Shown: positions 1 to 11,036, counted from the stretch's first letter. The stretch is 64,000 nucleotides of DNA from Candidatus Entotheonellaceae bacterium (GCA_965238075.1 OZ250173.1:1472001-1536000); one strand, 5' to 3'. The notes: generated from the letters alone by a model not told the origin. Translations and numbers: made by a program.

Positions 1-135
1 CTGCGTCAAGCCGTTTCTCATGCGGTGATCACCCTGCCGGGTTGCGCGGCCCAGAGGGTGCGGATACAATGCCGCCTCGTTATCCATCCATGACACACCA
101 TTACAGCCTGCCTGCTCATAAGGAAACGGCAATCC

Positions 136-1251
136 ATGGGGAACAGCTTCGGTCACCTCTTCCGCATCACCACGTGGGGAGAGTCGCACGGCGGCGCAGT
201 GGGCGTGGTCGTGGACGGCTGTCCGCCGCGCCTGGCGCTGTCGCCGGACGATATCCAGGTAGAGCTGGACCGTCGGCGGCCGGGGCAGAGCCGCATCACC
301 ACGCAGCGTCAGGAAGGCGACGTGTGCGAGATTCTCTCTGGCGTCTTCGAGGGGCAGACGCTCGGCACCTCGATCCTCATTCTGGTGCACAACACCGACG
401 CCAAGTCGCAGCATTACGCGCCCTTTCAGCACATCTACCGGCCCTCGCACGCCGATTACGCCTACGACGCCAAATACGGCATCCGCAACTGGCAGGGCGG
501 CGGGCGGGCCAGCGCCCGGGAGACCATCGGGCGGGTGGCGGCCGGGGCCATCGCCAAGAAGCTGCTGCGCGAGCGCTGCGGCACCGAGATCATCGCCTAC
601 GTCAAGCAAGTCCAGCACCTGCAAGCCGAGGTTGATCCCGGCACGGTGACGCCGGAACAGGTCGAGGCGAACATCGCCCGCTGCCCGGACGCCGCCTGCG
701 CCGAAGCCATGATCGAACGTATCGACTGGGCGCGCCGCCAGGGGGATTCGCTCGGCGGCGTGGTGGAAGCGGTGGCGCGCGGCGTGCCCGCCGGCTGGGG
801 CATGCCGGTGTTCGACAAGCTGGAAGCGGACCTCGCCAAGGGGCTGATGTCGCTGCCGGCCTCCAAGGGCTTTGAAATCGGCTCCGGGTTTGGCGGCATC
901 ACGCTGACCGGCAGCGCCCACAACGACCCGTTCGAAATGCGCGACGGCCAGGTGCGCACCCGCACCAATCACTCCGGCGGCGTGCAGGGCGGTATCAGCA
1001 TCGGCGAGCCGCTGCTCATGCGCGTTGCCTTCAAGCCCACCGCCACCATTGCCAAGGCGCAGGAGACCGTGACGGACGACGGCGAGGCCGCCACGCTGGC
1101 CGCCAAGGGACGGCACGACCCGTGCGTGCTGCCGCGCGCCGTGCCCATGGTCGAGGCCATGATCGCCCTGGTGCTGGCCGACCATTACCTGCGCCAGCAG
1201 GGGCAGTGCGGCGTGCCCGGCCCGGCGGTCGAGGTGCGGCGTGGCGAATGA
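136..1251 (+). CDS. aroC: Chorismate synthase
   Basis: N-terminus [29 protein letters not shown] and GRHDPCV signature motifs. Confidence 0.97.
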   Translation: MGNSFGHLFRITTWGESHGGAVGVVVDGCPPRLALSPDDIQVELDRRRPGQSRITTQRQEGDVCEILSGVFEGQTLGTSILILVHNTDAKSQHYAPFQHIYRPSHADYAYDAKYGIRNWQGGGRASARETIGRVAAGAIAKKLLRERCGTEIIAYVKQVQHLQAEVDPGTVTPEQVEANIARCPDAACAEAMIERIDWARRQGDSLGGVVEAVARGVPAGWGMPVFDKLEADLAKGLMSLPASKGFEIGSGFGGITLTGSAHNDPFEMRDGQVRTRTNHSGGVQGGISIGEPLLMRVAFKPTATIAKAQETVTDDGEAATLAAKGRHDPCVLPRAVPMVEAMIALVLADHYLRQQGQCGVPGPAVEVRRGE

Positions 1252-2512
1252 GCCGGCGTGTCGTCCTGACCGGGAAGGAATGCTGAGCCCCTATCGCGTC
1301 CTGGACCTAAGCGACGAACGCGGCATCCTGTGCGGCAAAATCCTCGCCGACCTGGGCGCCGACGTGATCCAGATCGAGCCCCCGGGCGGCAGCTCGGCGC
1401 GGCGTATCGGCCCCTTCTACCAAGATGAGCCGGGGCCCGACAGCAGCCTCTTCTGGTGGTCCTACGCGGCCAACAAACGAAGCATCACCCTCAATCTTCA
1501 CACTGCCGACGGGCAGGCCCTGCTGAAACGCCTGTTGCCGACCGCCGACTTTCTGGTGGAATCGGGTCCGCCCGGAGAACTGGCGTCCCTGGGGCTTGGC
1601 TACGCCGAGCTCGCCGAGATCAATCCCTCGCTGATCGTCGTATCCGTCACGCCGTTCGGGCAATCGGGTCCCTACGCCGGCTATCAGGCGCCCGATCTGG
1701 TCGGTATCGGCATGGCCGGATTGATGTACGTCACGGGTGACCCGGACCGGCCGCCGGTGCGTGTCGGCTTTCCGCATTTCTACCTGCATGGGGCCGCCGC
1801 CGGGGCTACCGGGGCGATGTTGGCGCACGCCCACCGCACGCTCACCGGCGCCGGTCAGTATGTTGACGTGTCGTGCCAGGAAGCCGTGGCCCGGGCGCTG
1901 GCCAACGCGCCGCAGAGCTACGTGCTGGATGGGGCGATCATCAAGCGCCAGGGCTCGTACCGGCAGACGGGTTCCACTACTTACATGCGCATCACGTGGC
2001 CGTGCCGCGACGGCTTTGTGAATTTCCTGTTTTCGGGCGGCGCCGGCGCCGGGGCCAGCGCTAACAACCTCGTGCAGTGGATGGCCGAGGAGGGCGTGGG
2101 CGACGCCTACCTGGAAAGCCTGGATTTCACAAAATGGGGCTACGGCACTATCACCCTCGAGATGATGAAGCGCATGGTGCCGGTGGTCGAGCGCTTCATG
2201 CTCAGCCATACCAAGCAGGAGCTGTTCGACGGCGCGGTAGCGCGGCGCATCCTGCTGTTTCCGGTGGCCACGCCGCGGGACATTTACGGCAACCCCCAGT
2301 TGACAGCACGGGATTATTTTCAGCAGGTGCCGCACGCCGCGTTTGAGGAGCCGCTGATCCTGCCGGGTCCGTTTGCCAACGCCAGCGCCTGCCCCTTGGG
2401 ATTCCGCTACCCGCCGCCAATGGTCGGCGAGCACAACCGCGCCGTTTACGTTGACGAACTTGGCCTGCAGCCTCAGGAATTGGTGCGGCTGTGGGAATTC
2501 AATGCCGTGTGA
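1241..2512 (+). CDS. Family III CoA-transferase (CaiB/BaiF), BbsE-like subunit; start may be ATG 1280
   Basis: [31 protein letters not shown]-terminal PP.VGEHN; catalytic Asp position appears replaced. Confidence 0.9.
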   Translation: MANEPACRPDREGMLSPYRVLDLSDERGILCGKILADLGADVIQIEPPGGSSARRIGPFYQDEPGPDSSLFWWSYAANKRSITLNLHTADGQALLKRLLPTADFLVESGPPGELASLGLGYAELAEINPSLIVVSVTPFGQSGPYAGYQAPDLVGIGMAGLMYVTGDPDRPPVRVGFPHFYLHGAAAGATGAMLAHAHRTLTGAGQYVDVSCQEAVARALANAPQSYVLDGAIIKRQGSYRQTGSTTYMRITWPCRDGFVNFLFSGGAGAGASANNLVQWMAEEGVGDAYLESLDFTKWGYGTITLEMMKRMVPVVERFMLSHTKQELFDGAVARRILLFPVATPRDIYGNPQLTARDYFQQVPHAAFEEPLILPGPFANASACPLGFRYPPPMVGEHNRAVYVDELGLQPQELVRLWEFNAV

Positions 2513-2523
2513 CGGAGGTCTGC

Positions 2524-3756
2524 ATGCGACCCATGGAGGGCCTGAAGGTTCTGGATTTCTGCTGGGTGGCCGTCGGTCCCATGACCACGAGTTATCTGGC
2601 GGAATACGGCGCCACGGTGGTGCGCGTCGAATCCAGGCTGCGCCCCGAGGTGCTGCGCAGCGCCCCGCCCTTTGGCGGTAACGTGCGCGGTCCGAACCGC
2701 AGCGCCTATTACGCCAATTACAACGCCAACAAATTCGGCTTCGGCCTCAACATGGCGCATCCCCAAGGCGTCGAGATCGTCAAGCGCTTCGTCGCCTGGG
2801 CCGATCTGGTGAGCGAGAATTTCACCCCCGGCACGCTGGAGAAATGGGGCCTCGGCTACGACGATCTGTGCGCCATCAAGCCCGACGTCATCCTGTTCAG
2901 CACCTCCATGCTGGGCCGGGGCGGGCCGCACTCGCGGCAGCCGGGTTTCGGCCCGGTGCTGTCCTCGCTCAGCGGCATGACCGGCCTGACCGGCTGGCCG
3001 GACCGACCGCCGACCAATCCGTATGGCGCTTACACGGATTTCATCGTGCCGCGCTTCGCCATTCCTACCATCATCGCGGCCCTGGACTACCGCCGCCGCA
3101 CCGGGCGCGGCCAGCACATCGACATTTCGCAACTCGAAGCCTCCCTGCACTTCCTCGCCCCGCCTGTCGTGGAATGGGCCATGATGGGGCGCGAGACCGG
3201 ACGCTGCGGCAACCGCCATCCCAGCGCCGCGCCGCACGGCGCCTACCCTTGCCGGGGCGACGACCGCTGGTGCACCATCGCCTGCCTCTCCGAGGCGCAT
3301 TGGCAGACCCTGTGCGGGGTTATGGGACACCCTGCCTGGAGCCAGGAGGCGCGCTTCGCCACCCTGCTGGCCCGCAAGGCCCATGAAGAGGCCCTGGACG
3401 GCCTGATTGCCGAATGGACCCAAGGCTGGGCCGCCCACGACCTGATGCACACCCTGCAAGCGGCTGGGGTGCCGGCAGGCGTCGTGCAGACCAACCGTGA
3501 CGTTATCGAAGACCCACAACTGGCCCACCGCGGCCACTTCGTCTACCTGGATCACCCCGAAGTCGGCCGCCACCCCGTGCAGCGCTCCGAGTTCCACCTC
3601 TCCGCCGCCGCCCCCGAACACCGATCCCCCGCCCCGCTCCTCGGCCAGCACACCGCCCAGGTCTGCCGGGACATCCTCGGCATGTCCGACGCCGATATCG
3701 CCGCGCTGATGCAGGAAGGCGTCCTGGAAGACGACACGCCGCTGCCGGAGGCGTAA
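2524..3756 (+). CDS. Family III CoA-transferase (CaiB/BaiF), BbsF-like subunit
   Basis: GLKVLDFCWVAVGP, ENFTPG, GAYTDF (catalytic Asp), APLLGQHT; GGAGG RBS before ATG 2524. Confidence 0.92.
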   Translation: MRPMEGLKVLDFCWVAVGPMTTSYLAEYGATVVRVESRLRPEVLRSAPPFGGNVRGPNRSAYYANYNANKFGFGLNMAHPQGVEIVKRFVAWADLVSENFTPGTLEKWGLGYDDLCAIKPDVILFSTSMLGRGGPHSRQPGFGPVLSSLSGMTGLTGWPDRPPTNPYGAYTDFIVPRFAIPTIIAALDYRRRTGRGQHIDISQLEASLHFLAPPVVEWAMMGRETGRCGNRHPSAAPHGAYPCRGDDRWCTIACLSEAHWQTLCGVMGHPAWSQEARFATLLARKAHEEALDGLIAEWTQGWAAHDLMHTLQAAGVPAGVVQTNRDVIEDPQLAHRGHFVYLDHPEVGRHPVQRSEFHLSAAAPEHRSPAPLLGQHTAQVCRDILGMSDADIAALMQEGVLEDDTPLPEA

Positions 3757-3812
3757 GCCGGGGCAAGGCCTCCCCTGCCTGAACCGAATTATAACAAGAG
3801 CTTTGGCTTCAC

Positions 3813-3846
3813 GTAGGTTGGATTAGCCGCAGGCGTAATCCGACAT
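3813..3846. repeat. GTAG-type REP-like palindrome
   Basis: GTAGGTTGGATTAGCCGCAGGCGTAATCCGACA imperfect hairpin; a related start GTAGGTCGGATTAG lies at 24954. Confidence 0.55.
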
Positions 3847-3866
3847 TCCACCTTTGGGTACAGATC

Positions 3867-3980
3867 ATGCTGATCCGAGAATTCTCTGCAACCGTTGTCG
3901 GATTGGTCCGTCAGGTGCGCGCGGATTACATGCCGCCGCTCATGGTCTACGCGGCAGCGGGCATCTCGGGGTTGACAATC
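3867..3980 (+). pseudogene. 5' fragment of a BT1/folate-biopterin (MFS)-like transporter
   Basis: YMPPLMVYAAAGISGLT resembles the first helix of BT1-family transporters; the frame then runs into antisense PIN sequence. Confidence 0.45.
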
Positions 3981-4001
3981 AGCCATCTGTGCGTCCCTCG
4001 T

Positions 4002-4263
4002 TTACCAGATGGTTTGCGGATGATAAGCGCGAATCGCGGCGTCCGGGGTCACCAGGGGGCAGGCGTGCAGAACTGCAGTGGCGACCAGGGTGCGGTCCGC
4101 CGGGTCGCGGTGGTCCCAGTCGAGTTCGAAGTTCTTTATCCAAGTGGCGACATCGACCGGGAGGACCTCGACGCGGTCGACCTGCTCCAGTCTGTCGGTG
4201 AACTCCTGGACGGACAGGGGCACGGAGAGTTTACCCTTGCTGACTTTGATGCCGATTTCCCAA
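4002..4263 (-). pseudogene. 5'-truncated PIN-domain (VapC-like) toxin
   Basis: Reads WEIGIKVSKGKLSVPLSV...HRDPADRTLVATA..LVTPD..I; the N-terminal strand with the first catalytic Asp is missing. Confidence 0.75.
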
Positions 4264-4317
4264 GGGGTAAGGGGGAAAGCCCGGACTTCAAGCCATCGTG
4301 ATCCGAAAACGCTCCGG

Positions 4318-5133
4318 TCACCAAGCCAGTAGATCGCTTTCCCGGCGGTCGGTGATGAACATGTGGCCCGGTGCGTGAGTGAGGGCGATGTCGGGCTTGG
4401 TCTGCATCATGACCGCCTGGGGCGTGACGCCGCAGGCCCAGAAAACGGGCACGTCGTCGGGTTCCAGGGGCAGGGGGTCGCCGAAGTCCGGCTTCTGCAA
4501 GTCGTCGATGCCCAGGGCCGCCGGGTCGCCGACGTGGACCGGCGCGCCGTGCACGGCCGGGAAGCGGCTGGTGATTTGAACGGTGCGCACCACCTGGGAT
4601 TGCGGGATGGGGCGCATGCTGACGACCATCGGGCCTTGGAAGCATCCGGCGGGCTTGCAGGGGCGGTTGGTGATATACATGGGCACGTTACAACCCAGCT
4701 CCCAGTGCTTGAGGCGAATGCCGGCCGCCATCAGCGGATGCTCGAAGGTGAAGCTGCAGCCCAGCAGGAAGCTGACCAAGTCGTCCCGCCAGTATGCCGA
4801 CAGGGTGTCGGTCTCATCACTCAGTTCGCCGTTGCGGTACACCCGATAGCGTGGCACGTCGGTGCGCAGATCGGCGCCGGGGGCCAATTCGCGCGGCTCG
4901 CCGTCGCCCGCGTCCAGGACTTCCAGCAGCGGGCAGGGTTGCGGGTTGCGCTGGCAGAAGAGCAGGAAATCGTAGGCCAGGGCGCGGGGAACGATGGCCA
5001 CGTTGGCCTGCGTGTACCCCGGAGCCAGGCCGGCTGTGGGGGTGCGCCATTGACCGGCGCGAATGAGTTCGCGCAGCTGACGGGGCGTCCGGTCCGCCAA
5101 GTTTTGCAGGGCGGGCTGGGCGGCGACCATCAC
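4318..5133 (-). CDS. Putative hydro-lyase / D-glutamate cyclase family (DUF1445, YcsI-like)
   Basis: [63 protein letters not shown]. Confidence 0.93.
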   Translation of the reverse strand: MMVAAQPALQNLADRTPRQLRELIRAGQWRTPTAGLAPGYTQANVAIVPRALAYDFLLFCQRNPQPCPLLEVLDAGDGEPRELAPGADLRTDVPRYRVYRNGELSDETDTLSAYWRDDLVSFLLGCSFTFEHPLMAAGIRLKHWELGCNVPMYITNRPCKPAGCFQGPMVVSMRPIPQSQVVRTVQITSRFPAVHGAPVHVGDPAALGIDDLQKPDFGDPLPLEPDDVPVFWACGVTPQAVMMQTKPDIALTHAPGHMFITDRRESDLLAW

Positions 5134-5378
5134 GCGGCTCCTTCGGCCTCGTGCCCGACGGCAGAGGCAGCGGTTTCCAGTCGGGCCACCAGGTCATCCG
5201 AGCGCTCCAGGGCGGCCTCGACGGAGCCGTATTCCGGCCAGAAGCGGAACAGGATTGTCAAGCCCAGGCTGACGCCCAGGCAGATCACCGCGAAGATCGT
5301 CAACGTCACGGCTGTCGTCATTCTCATCCTTTCGTCAGGGCACCGGAGATTAAGGGCCGGTGCCGCCGCTGGGTTCAT
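5130..5378 (-). CDS. Small hypothetical membrane protein (start uncertain)
   Basis: One hydrophobic helix; overlaps its neighbours in operon-like fashion. Confidence 0.55.
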   Translation of the reverse strand: MNPAAAPALNLRCPDERMRMTTAVTLTIFAVICLGVSLGLTILFRFWPEYGSVEAALERSDDLVARLETAASAVGHEAEGAA

Positions 5379-5634
5379 CCTCTATTTCGACAAATTCAAG
5401 GGTCGGCATGGCGTCCGGCGCGGCGGTTGTGATGCCGGGCGCGGGCGCCGCCGTTGTGGGTTCGGGGGCTGCCGGGCGGGTGCGGTTCGCCGCGGCCTCG
5501 CTCAGGTCCAAGACGACGCCGGGTGGCCGGACGCGCAGGCCGACCTGCGCCTTGAAGGCCGACAAATCGCCGCCACAGCTTCGGCAGGTATCGAGGTAAT
5601 CGTGGCTGACGTAGTTGCAACCGGGGCACTTCAT
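5350..5634 (-). CDS. Zinc-ribbon hypothetical protein
   Basis: MKCPGC...CRSCG (two CxxC pairs) followed by a low-complexity Pro/Ala tail. Confidence 0.7.
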   Translation of the reverse strand: MKCPGCNYVSHDYLDTCRSCGGDLSAFKAQVGLRVRPPGVVLDLSEAAANRTRPAAPEPTTAAPAPGITTAAPDAMPTLEFVEIEDEPSGGTGP

Positions 5635-5718
5635 CAGCTGGCCTCCCAGAGTACTTTCGGATTAAGACGCTTTGCATCTGGAGCGTGTCTTCCTGATGCA
5701 ATCAGATACGGAAATACT

Positions 5719-7413
5719 CTAAGCGCCGCTCAGCACTACGCGCTCTTGATACTCGCCGAAGACGCCGCGCAGGGTGTCGGCAATCTCGCCCAGGGTGGCG
5801 TAGCTCTCGACCGCAGCGATCAGCGGCGGCATCAGGTTGTCTGTGCCGCGCGCGCACTGCTCCAGGGTTTGCAAGGCGGCGGCCACCTGGTGACTGTCGC
5901 GTTGCGAGCGCAGGGCCTGCAAGCGGGCGATCTGCTGTTTTTCGAGGGCGGGATCGATGTGCATGATCGGCGGGGTGGCGTCTTCGTCCATGGTGAAGGC
6001 GTTCAAACCGACGATGAGCCGCGTTTTATCCTCAATTTCCTTCTGGTACATGTAGGCGCTCTGTTGGATTTCGTGCTGCTGAAAGCCGGACTGGATGGCC
6101 TTGACCGCGCCGCCCATGGCGTTGATCTGCTGGATGTAGGCGCGTGCGCCCGCCTCAATGGCGTCCGTCAGCGCCTCGATGGCATACGAGCCGCCGACCG
6201 GGTCGATGACCTTGGCGACACCGGTTTCGTGGGCGATGATCTGCTGGGTGCGCAGGGCGATCTGCACGGCCTCCTCGGTGGGCAGGGCAAGGGCCTCGTC
6301 GCGCGAGTTGGTATGCAGGGATTGGGCGCCGCCGAGGACGGCCGCCATCGCCTGGATGGCCACCCGCACGATATTGATGTTCGGCTGCTGAGCGGTCAGG
6401 CTGCTGCCGGCCGTCTGGGCATGAAAGCGCAGCATCTGGGCGCGCGGGTTGTGCGCCCGAAAGCGATCGCGCATGATGCGGGCCCACAGCCGCCGCGCCG
6501 CCCGGAACTTGGCGATCTCCTCCAGAAAGTCGTTGTGGACGTTGAAGAAGAAGGAAAGCTGCGTACCAAAGGTATTGACGTCGAGCCCGGCTTCCAGCGC
6601 CGCCTCGACGTAGGCGATGCCGTTGGCCAGCGTAAAGGCGACTTCCTGCACTGCGGTGGAGCCCGCCTCGCGGATGTGGTAGCCGCTGATGCTGATAGTG
6701 TTCCAGCGCGGCAACGCTTCTTGCGCGTAGGCGAAAACGTCCGTGATCAGCCGCATCGAGGGGCCTGGGGGGTAGATGTAAGTGCCGCGGGCGATGTATT
6801 CCTTGAGGATGTCGTTTTGAATCGTGCCGGTGAGCTTGGCGGGTTCGACGCCCTGCTTCTTGGCCACGGCGATGTAGAGGGCCAGCAGCGTGGCGGCGGT
6901 GGCGTTGATGGTCATGGAGGTGCTGACGCGGTCGAGCGGGATGCCGTCGAGCAGCGTTTCCATGTCTTGCAGCGACGCAATAGCCACGCCTACTTTACCA
7001 ACCTCGCCGGTAGCCATCGGGTGGTCCGAGTCATAGCCGATCTGGGTGGGCAGGTCGAAGGCGACGCTCAGGCCTTTCTGGCCGCGCTCCAGCAGGAACT
7101 TGTAGCGCTGGTTGGAGGCTTCCGCAGTGCCGAACCCGGCGTATTGGCGCATGGTCCACAAGCGCCCGCGGTACATGGTCGGATGGATGCCGCGGGTGAA
7201 CGGAAACTGACCGGGAAAGTTGAGATCCTCAAGGTGGTCGTCTTCCGAACGATCCAGCGGTGTGTACAGGCGGGCAACCGGCAGCCCCGAAAGGGTCTTG
7301 AACGCCTCCTGCCGCTCCGGTGTCCGCGCCAAGGCGGGCTCGACGACCTCCGTGTCCCACTGCCGGCGCTGGACGGCAATGTCCTCCAGCCCATTGCGTT
7401 CCTCTCGGGCCAT
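5719..7413 (-). CDS. Methylmalonyl-CoA mutase, substrate-binding (large) subunit without B12-binding domain
   Basis: [59 protein letters not shown]; Tyr/Arg specificity residues of MCM type. Confidence 0.95.
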   Translation of the reverse strand: MAREERNGLEDIAVQRRQWDTEVVEPALARTPERQEAFKTLSGLPVARLYTPLDRSEDDHLEDLNFPGQFPFTRGIHPTMYRGRLWTMRQYAGFGTAEASNQRYKFLLERGQKGLSVAFDLPTQIGYDSDHPMATGEVGKVGVAIASLQDMETLLDGIPLDRVSTSMTINATAATLLALYIAVAKKQGVEPAKLTGTIQNDILKEYIARGTYIYPPGPSMRLITDVFAYAQEALPRWNTISISGYHIREAGSTAVQEVAFTLANGIAYVEAALEAGLDVNTFGTQLSFFFNVHNDFLEEIAKFRAARRLWARIMRDRFRAHNPRAQMLRFHAQTAGSSLTAQQPNINIVRVAIQAMAAVLGGAQSLHTNSRDEALALPTEEAVQIALRTQQIIAHETGVAKVIDPVGGSYAIEALTDAIEAGARAYIQQINAMGGAVKAIQSGFQQHEIQQSAYMYQKEIEDKTRLIVGLNAFTMDEDATPPIMHIDPALEKQQIARLQALRSQRDSHQVAAALQTLEQCARGTDNLMPPLIAAVESYATLGEIADTLRGVFGEYQERVVLSGA

Positions 7414-7627
7414 CTCGAAACTCCTGATCGTGTTCGATGTACTGCTACTGATTCATGTGGGTGGGGGTTGTGCCTGACAACGCGGCGACTATACAACGCC
7501 CCGTTGGGCATATCCAGCCCGATGCCCGTTTTCCCCGCCCCAATCCTTGTGTGAAGAAGGTTGAGCCCCTTTAGGGCTTCTGTTACTTTACGCAGCGGTG
7601 CAGTGGACCAACATCTGATGAAAGAGG

Positions 7628-8311
7628 ATGCGAGCGATGCGGCTGGGCATTTTGGGCGACATTCACGGGTATCTCCCCGGCAGCGACGTGCTGGGGGTTG
7701 ATTTTGCAGTGCACCTGACGCAGACGCTGCAGGTAGACGCCTTTCTGCAGGTGGGCGACATGTGCCACTACCGGTCGTTTGCCCGCCCGGTGTACTGGAT
7801 CATCGGCAACAACGACTGGCCGGACGTGGTGCGGCAGGTGGCGAGCGGCGAGCGGCCGCTGCGGCATTTCCACAACCTCAAGCCGGGCGAGGCGGCAACC
7901 CTGACCAAGGACGCCGAGACCGTGCGCATCGCCGGGTTGAACGGCGCCTACGACGATCTGTATTACGACCTCGACCCTGCCGACCCGCGGCCCACGGAAA
8001 GCCTGGCGTATTTCGTGCGTGAAGACGTCGACAAGTGTCTGTCCCTGCGGCAGATCGACGTGTTTCTGGCGCACGGCTGCCCGGCCGGCCTGGGCTACGG
8101 GCGCGAGCCGGACTACGGCGTGCCCGCCATCCGGGAAATCCTCGACGCCGTGCAGCCGCGCGTCATGTTCTGCGGCCACGCCCACTTCTACCGCGAAGCC
8201 CGCAGCGGCGCCAGCACCGTCTACTCGCTCGAAGAATTGAAGCACGAGTACTACGTCTTCGATACTGCCACGGGCGCCCTCGAGCGCTTTCCGAGCCAGG
8301 CGGCGGCGTGA
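7628..8311 (+). CDS. Calcineurin-like metallophosphoesterase
   Basis: GDIHG, QVGD, GNND, AHG and GHAH motifs. Confidence 0.88.
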   Translation: MRAMRLGILGDIHGYLPGSDVLGVDFAVHLTQTLQVDAFLQVGDMCHYRSFARPVYWIIGNNDWPDVVRQVASGERPLRHFHNLKPGEAATLTKDAETVRIAGLNGAYDDLYYDLDPADPRPTESLAYFVREDVDKCLSLRQIDVFLAHGCPAGLGYGREPDYGVPAIREILDAVQPRVMFCGHAHFYREARSGASTVYSLEELKHEYYVFDTATGALERFPSQAAA

Positions 8312-8790
8312 TGCGGACAGCCACCGCGCGCAACCCCAGCGTCTTGATGGAGCCGATGCTGGCCGACGACCTCGACGCCGTTCTCGCCATCGAGCACAAA
8401 TCCTTCAGCATGCCCTGGACCGACACCATGTTCCTGTCCGAAATGCGGCAGGGTCCGGCTTCCCAACTGCTGGTCGTGCGCCTGGAGAAGCGGCCCACCA
8501 CGATCGTCGGCTACATTGGCTACCGCGCGGTATTGGATGAAATGCACGTCATGATCCTTGCCGTGGCGCCGGCCTGGCGTCGGCGGGGCATCGCGCAACA
8601 CATGCTGTCGGAAGCCATGGAACAGGCGCGGCAGGCCGACTGCGTCCGCGCCACCCTGGAAGTGCGGGCTTCGAACGTCGGTGCCCAGCAGCTTTACTAT
8701 CGCCTGGGATTCGCCCCGGTTGGCGTTCGTCCCAAGTATTACCAGCGCCCGAGCGAGGACGCCCTCATCCTGTGGCGCGACCCGCTGTGA
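8311..8790 (+). CDS. rimI: Ribosomal-protein-alanine N-acetyltransferase
   Basis: IEHKSFSMPW, LAVAP.WRRRGIA, TLEVRASN..AQQLY..LGF...G.RPKYY; start overlaps the upstream stop (TGATG). Confidence 0.9.
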   Translation: MRTATARNPSVLMEPMLADDLDAVLAIEHKSFSMPWTDTMFLSEMRQGPASQLLVVRLEKRPTTIVGYIGYRAVLDEMHVMILAVAPAWRRRGIAQHMLSEAMEQARQADCVRATLEVRASNVGAQQLYYRLGFAPVGVRPKYYQRPSEDALILWRDPL

Positions 8791-8856
8791 ACCCCTTGGC
8801 GATATTGTCGGTGATCGAATTTCTGAATCTTTGCGGTCGTGTCTCACGCTGAATTT

Positions 8857-8895
8857 CCCCCTCACCCCAACCCTCTTCCTATAGGGGAGAAGGGG
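8857..8895. repeat. CCCCTCACCCC-type REP-like palindromic repeat
   Basis: CCCCCTCACCCCAACCCTCTTCCTATAGGGGAGAAGGGG; related copies at 25916, 42483, 50952 and 53122. Confidence 0.7.
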
Positions 8896-8971
8896 CTTCC
8901 CTTGCCAGCGAGGAGGGAGAAACTGAGGCACGGCTGTATTTCTCGAATGCCCGAAAACATTATGGAGATCG

Positions 8972-9742
8972 ATGATGGCAGATGAGGCGGAAATTATCCG
9001 TTTGCAGCAGGCCGTGGAGGTCGACCCTGCGGACGCCGAGGCGCGCTTGGCGCTATTGCAATTGCTCGTCGAGGCGGAGCGTTGGAAGGAGGCCGAGGAA
9101 GTTGGCGACGTCCTGCTTCAGGAAGAATCGCCGGCCACCGCTGCGCACGCGCTCATGGGCATCGTGTACAGCAAGGACAGACGCTGGGACGCCGCCGTGG
9201 GGCAATGCCGACAGGCACTCGAAAAGCAACCGGACGATCCCCTCGCGCTGTTTAACCTCGGCACGTTGCTGGTGCAGCAGGGCGATCCGCAAGCCGCCAT
9301 CGAACACCTTGAAAAGGCCATCGAGCTGCAATCGGGCTGGGCCGAGGCGCACTACGCGCTGGGGACGGCCCTGCTTCATCGCGAGCGCTACCGCGAAGCC
9401 ATCAACGCCTTCGACGAAGCCATCGAACTGCGCCCGACGTATCCCGAGGCCGAGTTCAATCGCGGCAACGCCTATGCCATGCGCGGGCTTGAGTCCAACG
9501 GCACGATGGATTACTACGAGCTCGACTGCGCGGTGCAGGCGTACAAGAAGGCCATCCAGAAGCGGCCGGGCTACCCGGCGGCGCTCTACAATCTGGGGAT
9601 GGTCTACAAACGCATGAACTCCTCCGAGGGCCTGCGCGTGTGGGACGAATACATGGAGGCCGCGCGTCCCCTGCCCGAAGAAACGATCTGGTGGGCGCGG
9701 GCGCAGGAGTTCAAGGCCGATCTGCAGGACCGGCTGAAATAG
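8972..9742 (+). CDS. Tetratricopeptide repeat protein
   Basis: Repeated ALFNLG / AHYALG / AEFNRG / ALYNLG TPR motifs. Confidence 0.9.
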   Translation: MMADEAEIIRLQQAVEVDPADAEARLALLQLLVEAERWKEAEEVGDVLLQEESPATAAHALMGIVYSKDRRWDAAVGQCRQALEKQPDDPLALFNLGTLLVQQGDPQAAIEHLEKAIELQSGWAEAHYALGTALLHRERYREAINAFDEAIELRPTYPEAEFNRGNAYAMRGLESNGTMDYYELDCAVQAYKKAIQKRPGYPAALYNLGMVYKRMNSSEGLRVWDEYMEAARPLPEETIWWARAQEFKADLQDRLK

Positions 9743-9802
9743 GTCTGCAGGGGAGGCTCACTCCTGACTATGGAACCAGGACAGGCCATTCGAGTTCAGC
9801 CT

Positions 9803-10240
9803 ATGAGGGTGTACCTTGGCAACTGCTGTTTCAATCGCCCTTTTGACGATCAAGGGCAGGCGAGGATTCGACTCGAAACAGAAGCCAAACTGCACAGCCA
9901 AGAGAATATCCGAAACGGTGCGTTGGAACTGGTATGGCCATACATTCTGGGCTTCGAAAACGGGGCAAATCCTTTCGAGGAAAGACGGGCGGCAATCGCC
10001 GGATGGAAGCAAGCCGCGATGATCGACGTTGAAGAATCTCCGGCAATTTTCCTGAAAGCGAACACACTGGTTGACATCGGATTGAAGCCGAAGGAGGCTC
10101 TGCATTTGTCGTGCGAAATAGCCGGAGGATGCAGATATTTCCTGACGACGGAGGACGAAGTCTACAGGTACGGTAAGCAGCAGGTGCGGGAGATCACGGT
10201 GTCCGATCCAACTTCTTTTGTTCGTGAGATTGACCTATGA
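9803..10240 (+). CDS. PIN-domain protein, probably catalytically degenerate
   Basis: RVYL(G)NCCFNRPFDDQ.Q.RI.LE.EA subfamily signature; conserved Asp positions read G/E. Confidence 0.75.
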   Translation: MRVYLGNCCFNRPFDDQGQARIRLETEAKLHSQENIRNGALELVWPYILGFENGANPFEERRAAIAGWKQAAMIDVEESPAIFLKANTLVDIGLKPKEALHLSCEIAGGCRYFLTTEDEVYRYGKQQVREITVSDPTSFVREIDL

Positions 10241-10446
10241 GAACCGACACTGAAATACGGGTGCACGGATTTCGAGCCCTGATCGACGGCTTGGGCGCCG
10301 TAGAAGCCGAAAGATTCATCAGTTTGATCCTGCGAGAGCCGTTCGATTACACGAAGTGGCAGAAACACCTTTGGGACGATAAAGGCGTGGCCGAGATAAG
10401 CAGTGCCGCCATGAAGTCACGAAGGACATCGGCGTCAGATATTTGA
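10237..10446 (+). CDS. Small antitoxin-like partner of the PIN protein
   Basis: TDTEIRV.GF.AL...LG.VEAERFI.LI.REPFDYT.W; 4-nt overlap with the PIN gene. Confidence 0.7.
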   Translation: MRTDTEIRVHGFRALIDGLGAVEAERFISLILREPFDYTKWQKHLWDDKGVAEISSAAMKSRRTSASDI

Positions 10447-10517
10447 AGCGATGGACGAACTTGTTTTGACAAGCGGTAACTGTCAGAGCCCATACCCGGA
10501 GGTACGCACCCTGGCTC

Positions 10518-11036
10518 ATGGATCCGAATCCATCTGCAGGACAGCCCGACACGCGGCTGAAATTCATACGCGTCGTCGGGGGCGTGGCGGCAGCCTTGGT
10601 GATAGCCGTGGTGGTCGGCACGTACGCCGCACCGCATGCGGGCCGCCTGGCGGACATCGTTCTGAACCACACTTGGCATCGTGATTGGATGCGTTTGACC
10701 TTGCCCGCCGATGAGGCGTTCTTCGATCTCTCAACCCCGTTTTTGGCCGTGCGCAGTTATTACAGCGCGCTATACCGGGGCGACGCGTCGCGTTTGACGG
10801 AACTGACCGTGGGGCCATTCCGCGAGGAGCTGCGCTTGCGTCTGCAGCACGCCGAGGCGCCGTCCGGCGCGGACCGCCTCGTCTACCGCAGTTACCTGTT
10901 CACGGTAATGCAAGGCGGCGGACGGGCGGTGGTGACCGAGAAGTTCCACCTCTTCTGGCAGCGCGGCCTGCGCCTCCAACTTCTGCGAATGCGTACCGGC
11001 TGGTCCATTACTAGCGTAACCCTGGTGCAGCAATAA
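10518..11036 (+). CDS. Hypothetical membrane-anchored protein
   Basis: N-terminal hydrophobic helix; co-oriented directly upstream of tatD. Confidence 0.6.
   Translation: MDPNPSAGQPDTRLKFIRVVGGVAAALVIAVVVGTYAAPHAGRLADIVLNHTWHRDWMRLTLPADEAFFDLSTPFLAVRSYYSALYRGDASRLTELTVGPFREELRLRLQHAEAPSGADRLVYRSYLFTVMQGGGRAVVTEKFHLFWQRGLRLQLLRMRTGWSITSVTLVQQ

Noticed and set aside
4363-7554. 1063-aa plus-strand ORF
   Set aside because: Antisense shadow of the mutase and DUF1445 genes in high-GC DNA, with no recognisable motifs. The same applies to 57211..59112, 48680..49768 and similar ORFs.
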